NCBI GenBank assembly: GCA_045544195.1
Contig: JAZPYO010000034.1
Location: 146,881-210,880, forward strand
Source of the DNA: Eubacteriales bacterium
GTDB taxonomy: Bacteria > Bacillota > Clostridia > Oscillospirales > CAG-272
Reading direction: 5' to 3'
Length of the DNA: 64,000 nt
Positions within the stretch are counted from its first letter, which is position 1. Each line of letters starts with the position of its first letter. Below are positions 1-8,983 of this stretch, piece by piece. The notes below the pieces were generated by a model. It saw only the letters and a list, made by a program, of their open reading frames with translations. It did not search any database and was not told where the DNA came from. A program made the position numbers and the translations under genes.

Positions 1-1869
1 CTTTACACCTACGATCTCCTTTTTACCGTCTGCTGATTCGTCAATGGTAAGACCGGAATCATCCTTAAGTGTTATTTTGCCGTCATAAGCCATAGGAGTA
101 ACCTCGAATGTGAATACATCTATTTCGAATGTTTCATTATTCTTTGTTACAGCCTGTATAGTAGCAGTATGCGATGATACTGTGAGATTTGATGTGGGAA
201 TATCATATTTGAATGCGTTCATATCAGCGCAACATGTTGCATAATCGGGATACGCTGCAGAAACATCTCCACGTACATACGTAGACATATTCACGAATGC
301 GCCGTTATCAATGCTTATCTGAATAGCAGAAAGTCCATCGGGATGCAATGCCCAACCCTGTGTATGAATCATCTCACCCTTTGAAACGGATGTACCTGTT
401 GATGCGGGGTCATCAAGGAAAGAATGATAGCTGTCGATTATCGTAAGAGTTTTAACGGGAATATTGGGGTCCTGATAGTAATCTTCATCAACGAATGTAT
501 AAAGCTTATACGTGCCGGGTGTGAAATCAGTTGAAGCACGGCTGTTTGCAATACCGTCATTAACAAGGTCGTTTACGGTAACCTCACCTGCGTGCATTTC
601 AAACCAGTAAAGCGATGTTACAGAGCCGGGGGTTTCTCCGTCCTTGAACAAGCCTACCCAAGCGCCCTCGCAATCACCCTTTGCGGTGATCTTGATCGGC
701 TCATTAAGGCAGTATCTGTCCTTATTTGTCGTCATATAAGTTGTGCCGGGGGCGGGATTTACAAACAAATTATAGGTTGCTATATCGTACGTGCCGCCGG
801 AAGCTGTCTTACCGCGTACCTTTATCGTATTAGCACCTGTATTAAGTGATGATACGTTAAGCGGAAGGTTAAATGAGTTCACCTTGCTTTGAGGATAAGA
901 GGTTGTTGCGTTTGCAACGTCGCTTCTTAATTCAGCAGGAAGAGCTGTCCATGAGCCGCCATTTACCTGATACTCATATCCTGTTGCTTCATCTTCGTGA
1001 ACGCTCCAGCCCTTGATGCCGTAAGTAGCGTTCGTTCCCTTCTGAACGACTGCAGAAATTTCGGGAGCCTTGTTTTCGCCGCCAACGGGGGAAAGTCCGT
1101 CGGGCTCGATCATCGTGTGATACTTTTCGCCGGATATTCCGTAGTATTCCATAATACCGTGTGCAATAGCCGTACCCATATCAAGCACCTTCTGGGGATT
1201 CAGAAGGAAGGTCTGAACGTCGGACTGGTTGGACTGGAAGCAGCACTCAACGATAAGAACTGCGTGAAGTCTTGCTCTTTTACCTCTTTGGATTATACCG
1301 TAGTAGTCCTGACGGGTTCCATCGGGATAATAATTGTTACTTGAATTCTCACTATACGGTCTTGACTGTACAGGGACACCTACTTCATCGCGGAGCTTAT
1401 CCTGAATAGTAATACCCAATTCTCTAGAACGGTCATCGCATTCGGGCAAATAGTTACGGTTACCTATAAAAACCTGGCTACCGCTAGGACGTGGATCGTC
1501 TGAAGAGTTGTTGTGGATACTTACGAAAGTACCTGAACCGTTATTCGTTGCAGTATCAATACGTGTCTGAAAGCTGGGGCACGCCTCAAGTGAGCTCTTG
1601 GTCATATAAACCGTGACGCCGGCAGCCTGAAGAGTTGCTTTTGTCTGGTTAGCTATACGCCAGTTGTACTTATCCTCTACCTCGCCACCCCAATCAGTAG
1701 CTCCGTCAGCGCCATCCCAGCCGTTGCTGGTCAATCCGTGACCGGGGTCAAGGGTGATCTTATAGCGGTCAAGCGAGCTGTTGGGAGTAGTAGCCGCCGT
1801 AACACCGATAGCCGACATCATTGATGCAAGCATCAATACGGCCATCATAATAGAAATAATTTTTTTCAT
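1..1869 (-). CDS. N-acetylmuramoyl-L-alanine amidase (Amidase_3 family), secreted multidomain paralog; C-terminus lies beyond the window start
   Basis: Open minus-strand frame from ATG 1869-1867 to position 1, with an AGGAGG RBS (plus-strand CCTCCT at 1877-1882). It is missing from the ORF track only because it is open-ended. My translation: MKKIISIMMAVLMLASMMSAIG (signal peptide) ... ITLDPGHG ... VSIHNNS ... ECCFQSNQSD ... GWSVHEDEATGYEYQVNGGSW ... QGWALHPDGLS. It is colinear with ORF 1941..4100. Confidence 0.8.
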   Translation of the reverse strand, partial: MKKIISIMMAVLMLASMMSAIGVTAATTPNSSLDRYKITLDPGHGLTSNGWDGADGATDWGGEVEDKYNWRIANQTKATLQAAGVTVYMTKSSLEACPSFQTRIDTATNNGSGTFVSIHNNSSDDPRPSGSQVFIGNRNYLPECDDRSRELGITIQDKLRDEVGVPVQSRPYSENSSNNYYPDGTRQDYYGIIQRGKRARLHAVLIVECCFQSNQSDVQTFLLNPQKVLDMGTAIAHGIMEYYGISGEKYHTMIEPDGLSPVGGENKAPEISAVVQKGTNATYGIKGWSVHEDEATGYEYQVNGGSWTALPAELRSDVANATTSYPQSKVNSFNLPLNVSSLNTGANTIKVRGKTASGGTYDIATYNLFVNPAPGTTYMTTNKDRYCLNEPIKITAKGDCEGAWVGLFKDGETPGSVTSLYWFEMHAGEVTVNDLVNDGIANSRASTDFTPGTYKLYTFVDEDYYQDPNIPVKTLTIIDSYHSFLDDPASTGTSVSKGEMIHTQGWALHPDGLSAIQISIDNGAFVNMSTYVRGDVSAAYPDYATCCADMNAFKYDIPTSNLTVSSHTATIQAVTKNNETFEIDVFTFEVTPMAYDGKITLKDDSGLTIDESADGKKEIVGVK

Positions 1870-1940
1870 TAATATTCCTCCTATAATCTATGCCGCCGCA
1901 GCCCCGTAAAAGAAGATGCGGTAGCATTAAACACTTGTGA

Positions 1941-4100
1941 TCAGCCTATGCAAGCGTTTGACATGATCGAAAAATCATCTGCTGTGATATTTCCGTCACG
2001 GTTAATGTCTGCTGCTCTTTCAAAGCAAACAACATTGTTATTTGCGACATATTTCTTCGCGCGGATAATGTCCTTTGCGGTGGTAATACCGTCACCGTCA
2101 AGGTCACCGTCAACGATGATGACTGCTGTATCGTAATACGCGCCCTCGTACTTCAACTTAAGCAGGCATCCGCTTGCAACATAGTCAGTTACGATATTAC
2201 CCTTTGTATCAAAGATGTCATAATCGCCGTCGAACAGAGCTGTAACGGATTCGACAGATGATCTGTGAGGAATACCAAGCACGAGCTTTCCGTCTGCATT
2301 TTCCTCAAGAATTGCACCGTTTCCTGCGTTAAGCGTTATTTTTCCATCGTAGGGCGGAGGTGTGATCGTAAGCGTAAATGTCTTAAGTACAAATATTTCG
2401 CCGTTTTTGGTTACAGCCTGAATAGAAGCTGTGTGAGTACCAACGGAAATAACCGATGTATCAAGATCATGCACAAAACCGTGAACATCAGCACAGATCG
2501 CAGCATAATCGGGGTACGCCTGCAAAACATCACCTCTTGTAAGAAGGTTCAAATTGTATGTTGCGGAATTGTCAATACATATGTTAAATGAAGAAAGACC
2601 GTCGGGATGTAACGCCCAGCCCTGCAAATGCAAGGGCGCTCCCTTTGCCACAGATGCATTATCCGTAGGAGCATCAATAGATGAGTGTCTGTTCGCGATA
2701 AGCGTTATTGTTTTTGCGGGTATATTGGGGTCAACCGTATATCCGGAATCAACGAATGCAACGAGCTTGTATGTACCTGCTGTCAGGGTACTTGCTCTGT
2801 CATTGGCTGTACTGTTCTTCAAAAAGTCATCTACCGTTACGGTGCCGTTATGCATTTCAAACCAGTAGTACGATTTTACTGAGCCGGGATTTTCGTTAGC
2901 GCCGAACAATCCTACCCAAGCGCCGTTTGCATCACCCTTTGCGGTGATCCTGATCGGCTCATTCAAGCAATAGCGATCCTTATCGACGGTCATATACGTT
3001 GTGCCCGCCGCAGGTAACAGGAACAGATTGTACTTTGCAATATCATAATACTCATTTGCCTTTGTCAAGCCACGTATTTCTACCGTTGACGAGCCGGAAG
3101 GCAATGATGAAATGTCAATAGCCTTGGAAAATGCGTTGATCGTTGATGCGTTACCCGTTACGCTTGCAACATCTTCACGGTAAGTGCCCTCAAGAGTCTG
3201 CCATGAGCCTGAGCCGACCTTGTATTCAAACCTTTGAACAAGGTCCGTATGAACGCTCCAACCGGAAACAGAAAGCGTATTATCAACGCCCTTTGTGAGC
3301 GTTTTGTCAATAACAACGGCACTTCCCTCCTCGCCCTTTGATTCGGTCGAAGAGATGTCGATCATGTTCTGGTAAGAGCCGAGCTTCAAGCCGTAGTAAT
3401 CAGCAATACCGTCCGCTATTGCATAGCCCGTAGCCGTAACCTTTTCGGGCTTAAGCAGGAAGGATTGAACGTCAGACTGGTTCGACTGGAAGCAGCTTTC
3501 AACGATCATTGCGGCAGTTATCGTGCCGCCGTAGATCTTTGAATATCTGATAACTTTATATTTGTCTACCGCAGTGCCGTTAGGATATGTTTCTGATGAG
3601 TCCGTGTTTGTATAGGGATCCGAATTTTTCGGAATACCTACATCATTGATCAAGCGATTCATAATAGCATTCGCAATAGCAGTAGACTTCGCTTTTATAG
3701 GTCTATAGTTGTTATTGGGGATAAATACAACGCAGCCGCGAGCGGAAGAGGACGTGAAAGAGTTATTATGGATACTGATGAAGGCATCAGAACCGTTGTT
3801 GTATGCAATGAGAGGTCTGTCGGGAAGCTCGATGAACGTATCATCGCTTCTGGTTAAATAAACAGTTACGCCTGCATACTGCTCAAGCCTTTCCTTAGCA
3901 GCCTTTGCTTGTCTGAGGTTATAATTCTTTTCATCATCGCCGCCCCAGTTTCTTGCACCCGTAGCGCCCGGGTCCTTACCGCCGTGACCTGGGTCAAGCG
4001 TGATGATAAGATTTGCTGCTTCGGTTTCTACAGCAGTAAACGGGATCACTGCTATGATCGTAACGAAGCACAAAAGCACCGAAAATAATCTTTTTAGCAT
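1941..4100 (-). CDS. N-acetylmuramoyl-L-alanine amidase (Amidase_3) with two GW..RxDV modules and a C-terminal dockerin
   Basis: 719-aa ORF with an N-terminal signal peptide. Amidase_3 signatures: LDPGHGGKDPGA, ISIHNNS, VESCFQSNQSD. The last 59 aa (1944-2120) form two DxDxDG Ca-loop dockerin repeats: GDLDGDGITTAKDII and DINRDGNITADDF. Confidence 0.85.
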   Translation of the reverse strand: MLKRLFSVLLCFVTIIAVIPFTAVETEAANLIITLDPGHGGKDPGATGARNWGGDDEKNYNLRQAKAAKERLEQYAGVTVYLTRSDDTFIELPDRPLIAYNNGSDAFISIHNNSFTSSSARGCVVFIPNNNYRPIKAKSTAIANAIMNRLINDVGIPKNSDPYTNTDSSETYPNGTAVDKYKVIRYSKIYGGTITAAMIVESCFQSNQSDVQSFLLKPEKVTATGYAIADGIADYYGLKLGSYQNMIDISSTESKGEEGSAVVIDKTLTKGVDNTLSVSGWSVHTDLVQRFEYKVGSGSWQTLEGTYREDVASVTGNASTINAFSKAIDISSLPSGSSTVEIRGLTKANEYYDIAKYNLFLLPAAGTTYMTVDKDRYCLNEPIRITAKGDANGAWVGLFGANENPGSVKSYYWFEMHNGTVTVDDFLKNSTANDRASTLTAGTYKLVAFVDSGYTVDPNIPAKTITLIANRHSSIDAPTDNASVAKGAPLHLQGWALHPDGLSSFNICIDNSATYNLNLLTRGDVLQAYPDYAAICADVHGFVHDLDTSVISVGTHTASIQAVTKNGEIFVLKTFTLTITPPPYDGKITLNAGNGAILEENADGKLVLGIPHRSSVESVTALFDGDYDIFDTKGNIVTDYVASGCLLKLKYEGAYYDTAVIIVDGDLDGDGITTAKDIIRAKKYVANNNVVCFERAADINRDGNITADDFSIMSNACIG

Positions 4101-4266
4101 AAAGAACTCCTTACATAAGATTTCTATTTTATTGTAACATCAAAATTTTACTCTGTCAAGAAAAAATCAGAAAGTTTTACTCACAAACTTTTTCACATTT
4201 TTTTGTGCATTGTGAACAAAAATTATTTTTTTCTTCTGTGAAATATAGAAAATATTCAATAACCCC

Positions 4267-4295
4267 TTGAAAAACTATATTTTTTGTAGTAATAT
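4267..4295 (+). promoter_or_regulatory. putative sigma-70 type promoter (TTGAAA-17-TAATAT) for the glucosaminidase gene
   Basis: TTGAAA at 4267-4272, a 17-nt spacer, then TAATAT at 4290-4295, about 80 nt upstream of ATG 4375. Confidence 0.3.
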
Positions 4296-4374
4296 ATTCT
4301 TGTATGAGTGTGATGTGCATTCACACCGACTTTTTCCTTTGTGAAGAAGCGAAAATTATATTTTTGGAGGTTTT

Positions 4375-6288
4375 ATGAAACACCTGAAACGCTTTACTTC
4401 TCTACTTCTCGTTTTCATTCTGCTTGCCGCTTGTCTGCCTTTGGCTACGCAAGCTGCTTCGGCAAATTATGACGAGTATTATGCAGAGCTGATAGCAAAG
4501 GGATTTCCGGATTCCTATGCTTCACGACTTGCAGATCTTCACATTTCCCGTCCTACCTGGACATTTGAGCCTGTTCTCGTAACTAAGTTAAAACCGACAT
4601 ACACATGGAGCTACGTTATCCAAAAAGAATTGGAAGATGAAGCAAGCAACCTTATCGACTCTTCAAGCTCATACGCTCCATATCACAAGAATCATAATAC
4701 ATACGACTCACAAAACAAATATCCGTGTAATAAGGCTGCAGTACAGTTTTTCATGGATCCGAGAAACTTTATGACAGAAGAAAGGATCTTCATGTTTCAG
4801 GACCTTGCATACGTTCCCGGTACATACAGCGAAGCGGTAGTAAACGCTGAGTTTGCAGGCACGTTTATGGAAAACGCCGTTATTCCCGACCCCGGAAATA
4901 CGTTGACGTATGCACAGTATCTTTTGCAGGTAGGTGAAAGACACGGTGTCAGCCCCACGTTCCTTGCAGCGCGCTTAAGACAGGAAAAGGGCACCGACGG
5001 AAACACCAAGCCTTTGCTTAACGGTTCTTGCGGTAACACACTTTGGTCTTATTACAGCAACGGTACAAACGGCGCCCCCTCTTCAGGCTACTCATATAGC
5101 TACTTTATGAAATTCAACGGTTATTACAACTATTTCAATATTGATGCAATGGGTGAAGGTTATTTTAACATTTACCACAATGCTATGAAGGAAGCATACA
5201 ACGCAAGCTGGGATACGCACAAGGAAGCTATTGACGGCGGTGCGGCTAAGGTGAGAACAAAGTACATAGATGACTACCAGAATACAAGCTACTTCCAGAA
5301 GTTCAACGTTGACCCCCGTTCCGGCCGTAACTTCTGGGGTCAGTACATGCAGACGATATACGCCGTAACATCTGAGGGCACAACGGTTTACAACGCTTCT
5401 AACAAGAACGGTATTCTTGACAGTCCCTTTAACTTCATAATCCCCGTATTTGACGGAATGTCCTCTTCTCCGTATCCGAACCCCGGTTCTCAATTCGGTA
5501 TGAAGTACAGCTTTGTAAATATGCTCGATACTCCTAATCCCGACGGAGCATCTCCTATTACACTCGGCACACGCCACACGTCGATGTCTATTGACTTTGG
5601 CAGCACGAACATTGCCAATATCGGCGGCTGGAGCGTTCACTCCTATGCGCGTAACGGCTACTATTACAGTGTTGACGGCGGTCCTTGGCAGAGCGCTAAG
5701 AATCACCTGAGAAATGACGTTTCCAACGCTTACACCTCATATACGAACTCGCCGTACAATGCATTTGACATTGCGGTAGATATGAGTCTTTACGGCTTGG
5801 GAACTCACACGGTCAATATAAGAGGTGTTAACTCCAACGGTACAGCATATCCGATCGCAAGCGTGAATGTAACTTGTACAGCCAACAATATGAAAATGCA
5901 AAGCGGCGAATTCAAGATTGGATCGACGCAAAGCGGAAGAACCGTCACGGGTATTGACAAGAATACAACTATTTCCGATCTTCTTTCGGGCATTGACGGC
6001 GGCAGCAGAATAGTAGATGAAAGCGGCTCGCCCGTATCGTCAGGCACGTTGAAAACGGGATATAAGGTACAGTACCTTGCTTATAACGCAGTTGTTGACA
6101 GTGCAACGATCATCGTCGGCGGTGACGTTGACTGTGACGGTAAAATAACTGCTAAGGACGTTATAAAAGCTAAAAAGTATTTTGCATCTATGGGTAACGC
6201 TCAGTTCCCCGAAGCGATCGACTGCAACAACGATGGATCGATCTCATCGAATGATATAGGTCACATTGCAAACAGCGTTATTTCTTGA
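4375..6288 (+). CDS. secreted GH73-like endo-beta-N-acetylglucosaminidase (glucosaminidase domain) with GW..RxDV module and C-terminal dockerin
   Basis: 637-aa ORF with GGAGG just upstream and a signal peptide ending ATQA. Glucosaminidase-type motifs: FLAARLRQEKG, YYNYFNIDA, FWGQYMQTIYAVTSEG. Dockerin at 6109-6285: GGDVDCDGKITAKDV ... DCNNDGSISSNDI. Confidence 0.75.
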   Translation: MKHLKRFTSLLLVFILLAACLPLATQAASANYDEYYAELIAKGFPDSYASRLADLHISRPTWTFEPVLVTKLKPTYTWSYVIQKELEDEASNLIDSSSSYAPYHKNHNTYDSQNKYPCNKAAVQFFMDPRNFMTEERIFMFQDLAYVPGTYSEAVVNAEFAGTFMENAVIPDPGNTLTYAQYLLQVGERHGVSPTFLAARLRQEKGTDGNTKPLLNGSCGNTLWSYYSNGTNGAPSSGYSYSYFMKFNGYYNYFNIDAMGEGYFNIYHNAMKEAYNASWDTHKEAIDGGAAKVRTKYIDDYQNTSYFQKFNVDPRSGRNFWGQYMQTIYAVTSEGTTVYNASNKNGILDSPFNFIIPVFDGMSSSPYPNPGSQFGMKYSFVNMLDTPNPDGASPITLGTRHTSMSIDFGSTNIANIGGWSVHSYARNGYYYSVDGGPWQSAKNHLRNDVSNAYTSYTNSPYNAFDIAVDMSLYGLGTHTVNIRGVNSNGTAYPIASVNVTCTANNMKMQSGEFKIGSTQSGRTVTGIDKNTTISDLLSGIDGGSRIVDESGSPVSSGTLKTGYKVQYLAYNAVVDSATIIVGGDVDCDGKITAKDVIKAKKYFASMGNAQFPEAIDCNNDGSISSNDIGHIANSVIS

Positions 6289-6303
6289 TTTTAATAGCAG
6301 TAA

Positions 6304-6331
6304 AGCCGCACGGATCTATGTCTGTGCGGCT
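6304..6331 (+). terminator. hairpin after the first glucosaminidase gene (weak U-tract)
   Basis: AGCCGCAC (6304-6311) pairs with GTGCGGCT (6324-6331). Only a short T run follows. Confidence 0.4.
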
Positions 6332-6378
6332 TGCAGATAAATAATGTATTTATAATATATAAAAGGAGAGTGTTAAAT

Positions 6379-8709
6379 TTGAAAATCATCAAAAGGTTTA
6401 CAGCCGTAGCTCTTATCGTTATGATGATCGCATCGTGCTTTTCATTCATTTCGGTTTCAGCAGGAGCTGTTGACAGTTATTATCAATCGCTTGTAAACGC
6501 AGGCTTCCCTTCCAGCTATGCTGAAAGACTTACGAAGCTTCATCTCGTTCATCCCTCGTGGGAATTTGTTCCTCTCGATGTTACGGGCGTAAGCGAAGCC
6601 CAGGGCAAAACCGCTTATACGTGGGACTACGTAATTTCTATGGAATATTCGGGCTGCGGTGAGGATAACAACCTTGTATATCCTTCCTCCGATTATAAGC
6701 CTTACAGAAAAAATTCAAACACATACGACTCAGGCTGGTGGCCCGTAAGCGAAAGTGCGCTCAGATATGTTATGGACCCGAGAAACTTTATGACAGAACG
6801 TAACATATTTATGTTTATGGACCTTTATTACGGTGACTCTACATACTCCGAAGCAGATGTTGAAGCGGCGCTTGCGGGATGCTTTATGTCACACAAGGTA
6901 ATACCCGATTCGGGCAACTCAATGACATACGCACAGTATTTTATCCAAGAGGGTAAAAAATACAATGTAAACCCGATATTTATTGCGGCAAGACTTAGAC
7001 AGGAGCAGGGTTCAGGTACAAGCCCGCTTATTTCAGGCGCTTGCGGAGATACTCTGTGGAGATATTTCGAAAGCGGCACTAACGGCGCTAACGGAAGCCA
7101 TTCATACAGTGAGCTTGTGGGCTATAACGGTTATTACAACTACTTTAATATGGGTGCTTCCGGTAACGGATACTTTAACATTTACCTCAACGGTATGAAG
7201 GAAGCAAAAAGCGCAGGATGGACGACTCACAGAGCAGCTATTTCAGGCGGTATTCAGAAGCTCAAGACCTCTTACCTTGACAGATATCAGAACACTCTGT
7301 ATTTGCAGAAATACAATGTAGATGCACGCAGTATGAAAAACGGCTCTTGCATCAACTTCTGGGGACAGTACATGCAGAACTTCTCTGCTCCTTACAGCGA
7401 GGGAAGAACGATACAGAAGGGTATGCAGGCAAACCTTGATATCAAGATCAGATTCTGCATTCCCGTTTACAGAGGAATGCCCAGCACACCCAGATCCGAC
7501 CCCGGCTCTATGTTCTCAAGTGAAAACTATTCTTACTCAACAGCAATTGACAATCCCGCGACAGCAAGCAACTCAGGCAGCTCTCCTTCTGAGGTTTCTT
7601 ACACAATAAATATCGACACCTCACCTTCCCTTTATTTTAACGGTTGGGCTATAACAACAAAGGGTATAACCGATTACTACTACAGCATAGACTTCAATAA
7701 TTCCTGGAAGCAGTTAAACGGCTACACACGTGCAGACGTTTATAACGCGGCAGTCGGGGCAGGATATCCTGCATCAGCGTCCGACATAAACTCCTACGAG
7801 GGCACAGCGGACCTTAAGGGTCTTACCCCCGGTTCTCACGTTATCGTTATCAAAGGACGCACTAAGTCGCTTTCAACCGCCACAGGTGTTCAGAACTTCC
7901 CTGTTGCAGTTATAAATCTTACTGTTCAGACAGAGCAGACCGACTGTAGATTCGTTCTCGATACTCCTTCTACCTCTTCAACAACATCCGTTGAGATAGG
8001 AAAAGATCTTATGACGAGTGGTTGGGGTCTTGCGCCGAGCGGCGTTAGCAGATTCTCCGTATCAATTGACGGCGGAAATGACGTTACATTGACACCCAAG
8101 CATCGTCCTGACGTACTTGCGGCTCCCGGTCACGAAGAATTGGCAAAAACCAACAGTGAGCTTCACGGCTTCGACCACGCAATTCCCACATCTGATCTTT
8201 CACTCGGCGTGCATACGGCTAAGATCTATCTTACAGCAAAATCCGGTCTTAAGTTCGTTATGGCAGAATTCAAGTTTAATGTCGTTCTCGGATCGAATTA
8301 CACGATATCGGCAACAGACACCTCGGGATATAAGGATACTAAATTCAACGGTCAGAATGTATTCTGCGGAATTGAAGAAGGTACTACAGGTTCTGAGCTT
8401 ATTTCAAAGATCGTTACCGAGAATTGCAAGGTATTCGACCTTTCAGGCAATGTTGTAACATCCTCTGAGCTTAAGTCAGGCTACGTAATAAAGATGTTTA
8501 TAGGTCAGACACCGGTAAAATCAGCAACCGTTATAGTAACCGGTGATACGGACGGCGACGGCGTTGTTTCCGCAAAGGATGTTTTGAAGATCAAAAAGCA
8601 TATCGGCGGACACTATACGACAGGCTATCTTGCCGCCGCGGACAGTGATCTTAACGGTTCTATCACACAGAACGATCTTTCTGCGATCGCTGATATTTGC
8701 GCAAAATAA
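6379..8709 (+). CDS. secreted GH73-like endo-beta-N-acetylglucosaminidase paralog with two GW..RxDV modules and C-terminal dockerin
   Basis: I prefer the TTG start at 6379 (AGGAGAG RBS at 6364-6370) over the track start at 6331, which lies in the upstream hairpin. Signal peptide ends SVSAGA. Motifs: FIAARLRQEQG, YYNYFNMGA, FWGQYMQNFSAPYSEG. Dockerin at 8530-8706: GDTDGDGVVSAKDV ... DSDLNGSITQNDL. Confidence 0.75.
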   Translation: MKIIKRFTAVALIVMMIASCFSFISVSAGAVDSYYQSLVNAGFPSSYAERLTKLHLVHPSWEFVPLDVTGVSEAQGKTAYTWDYVISMEYSGCGEDNNLVYPSSDYKPYRKNSNTYDSGWWPVSESALRYVMDPRNFMTERNIFMFMDLYYGDSTYSEADVEAALAGCFMSHKVIPDSGNSMTYAQYFIQEGKKYNVNPIFIAARLRQEQGSGTSPLISGACGDTLWRYFESGTNGANGSHSYSELVGYNGYYNYFNMGASGNGYFNIYLNGMKEAKSAGWTTHRAAISGGIQKLKTSYLDRYQNTLYLQKYNVDARSMKNGSCINFWGQYMQNFSAPYSEGRTIQKGMQANLDIKIRFCIPVYRGMPSTPRSDPGSMFSSENYSYSTAIDNPATASNSGSSPSEVSYTINIDTSPSLYFNGWAITTKGITDYYYSIDFNNSWKQLNGYTRADVYNAAVGAGYPASASDINSYEGTADLKGLTPGSHVIVIKGRTKSLSTATGVQNFPVAVINLTVQTEQTDCRFVLDTPSTSSTTSVEIGKDLMTSGWGLAPSGVSRFSVSIDGGNDVTLTPKHRPDVLAAPGHEELAKTNSELHGFDHAIPTSDLSLGVHTAKIYLTAKSGLKFVMAEFKFNVVLGSNYTISATDTSGYKDTKFNGQNVFCGIEEGTTGSELISKIVTENCKVFDLSGNVVTSSELKSGYVIKMFIGQTPVKSATVIVTGDTDGDGVVSAKDVLKIKKHIGGHYTTGYLAAADSDLNGSITQNDLSAIADICAK

Positions 8710-8717
8710 AGCTGATC

Positions 8718-8754
8718 ATCAGCCAAGGTATTTCCTTGGCTGATGTGTTTTTTT
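8718..8754 (+). terminator. rho-independent terminator
   Basis: ATCAGCCAAGG (8718-8728) pairs with CCTTGGCTGAT (8734-8744), followed by GTGTTTTTTT. Confidence 0.8.
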
Positions 8755-8775
8755 ACGCAATTGGAAAAATCACTA

Positions 8776-8804
8776 TTGACAAGAGTCAAACCGTGTGATA
8801 TAAT
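8776..8804 (+). promoter_or_regulatory. putative sigma-70 promoter (TTGACA-17-TATAAT) driving the TPP riboswitch/thiT
   Basis: TTGACA at 8776-8781, a 17-nt spacer, then TATAAT at 8799-8804. Confidence 0.55.
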
Positions 8805-8825
8805 CAACTCGTCAAAACGATATAA

Positions 8826-8973
8826 CATAGGGGAGCTTGCTATGCAGGCTGAGAGGAAGTTAAAGCTTCGACCCGTAACCTGATGCGGATAATGCCGCCG
8901 TAGGTGCTTGGATGTATTTATAGCCTTTAAGGCGGTCTGAATTGCACCTGCAGTCAGACCGCTTGTTTATTTT
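8826..8973 (+). promoter_or_regulatory. TPP (THI-box) riboswitch with intrinsic-terminator expression platform
   Basis: AGGGGAGC ... GCTGAGAGG ... ACCCGTAACCTGATGCGGATAATGCCGCCGTAGG (8829-8904) matches the conserved THI-box cores CTGAGA and ACCTGAT..GGATAATGCC..CGTAGG. Terminator stem: AAGGCGGTCTGA (8929-8940) with TCAGACCGCTT (8954-8964), then a T-rich tract. Confidence 0.9.
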
Positions 8974-8983
8974 GGAGGATAGC

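Noticed and set aside
4101-4374. c-di-AMP (ydaO-type) riboswitch, which often precedes wall-hydrolase genes in Firmicutes
   Set aside because: The region is AT-rich and lacks the conserved GC-rich pseudo-symmetric cores of that RNA class.
5092-5706. 204-aa minus-strand ORF inside the first glucosaminidase gene, with similar small ORFs across 2265-2899 and 4708-6047
   Set aside because: These are shadow ORFs opposite long, motif-supported genes.
6331-6378. Upstream TTG start of the second glucosaminidase
   Set aside because: That start lies in the preceding hairpin and adds a non-signal-peptide extension. The TTG at 6379 has a good RBS and yields a normal signal peptide.
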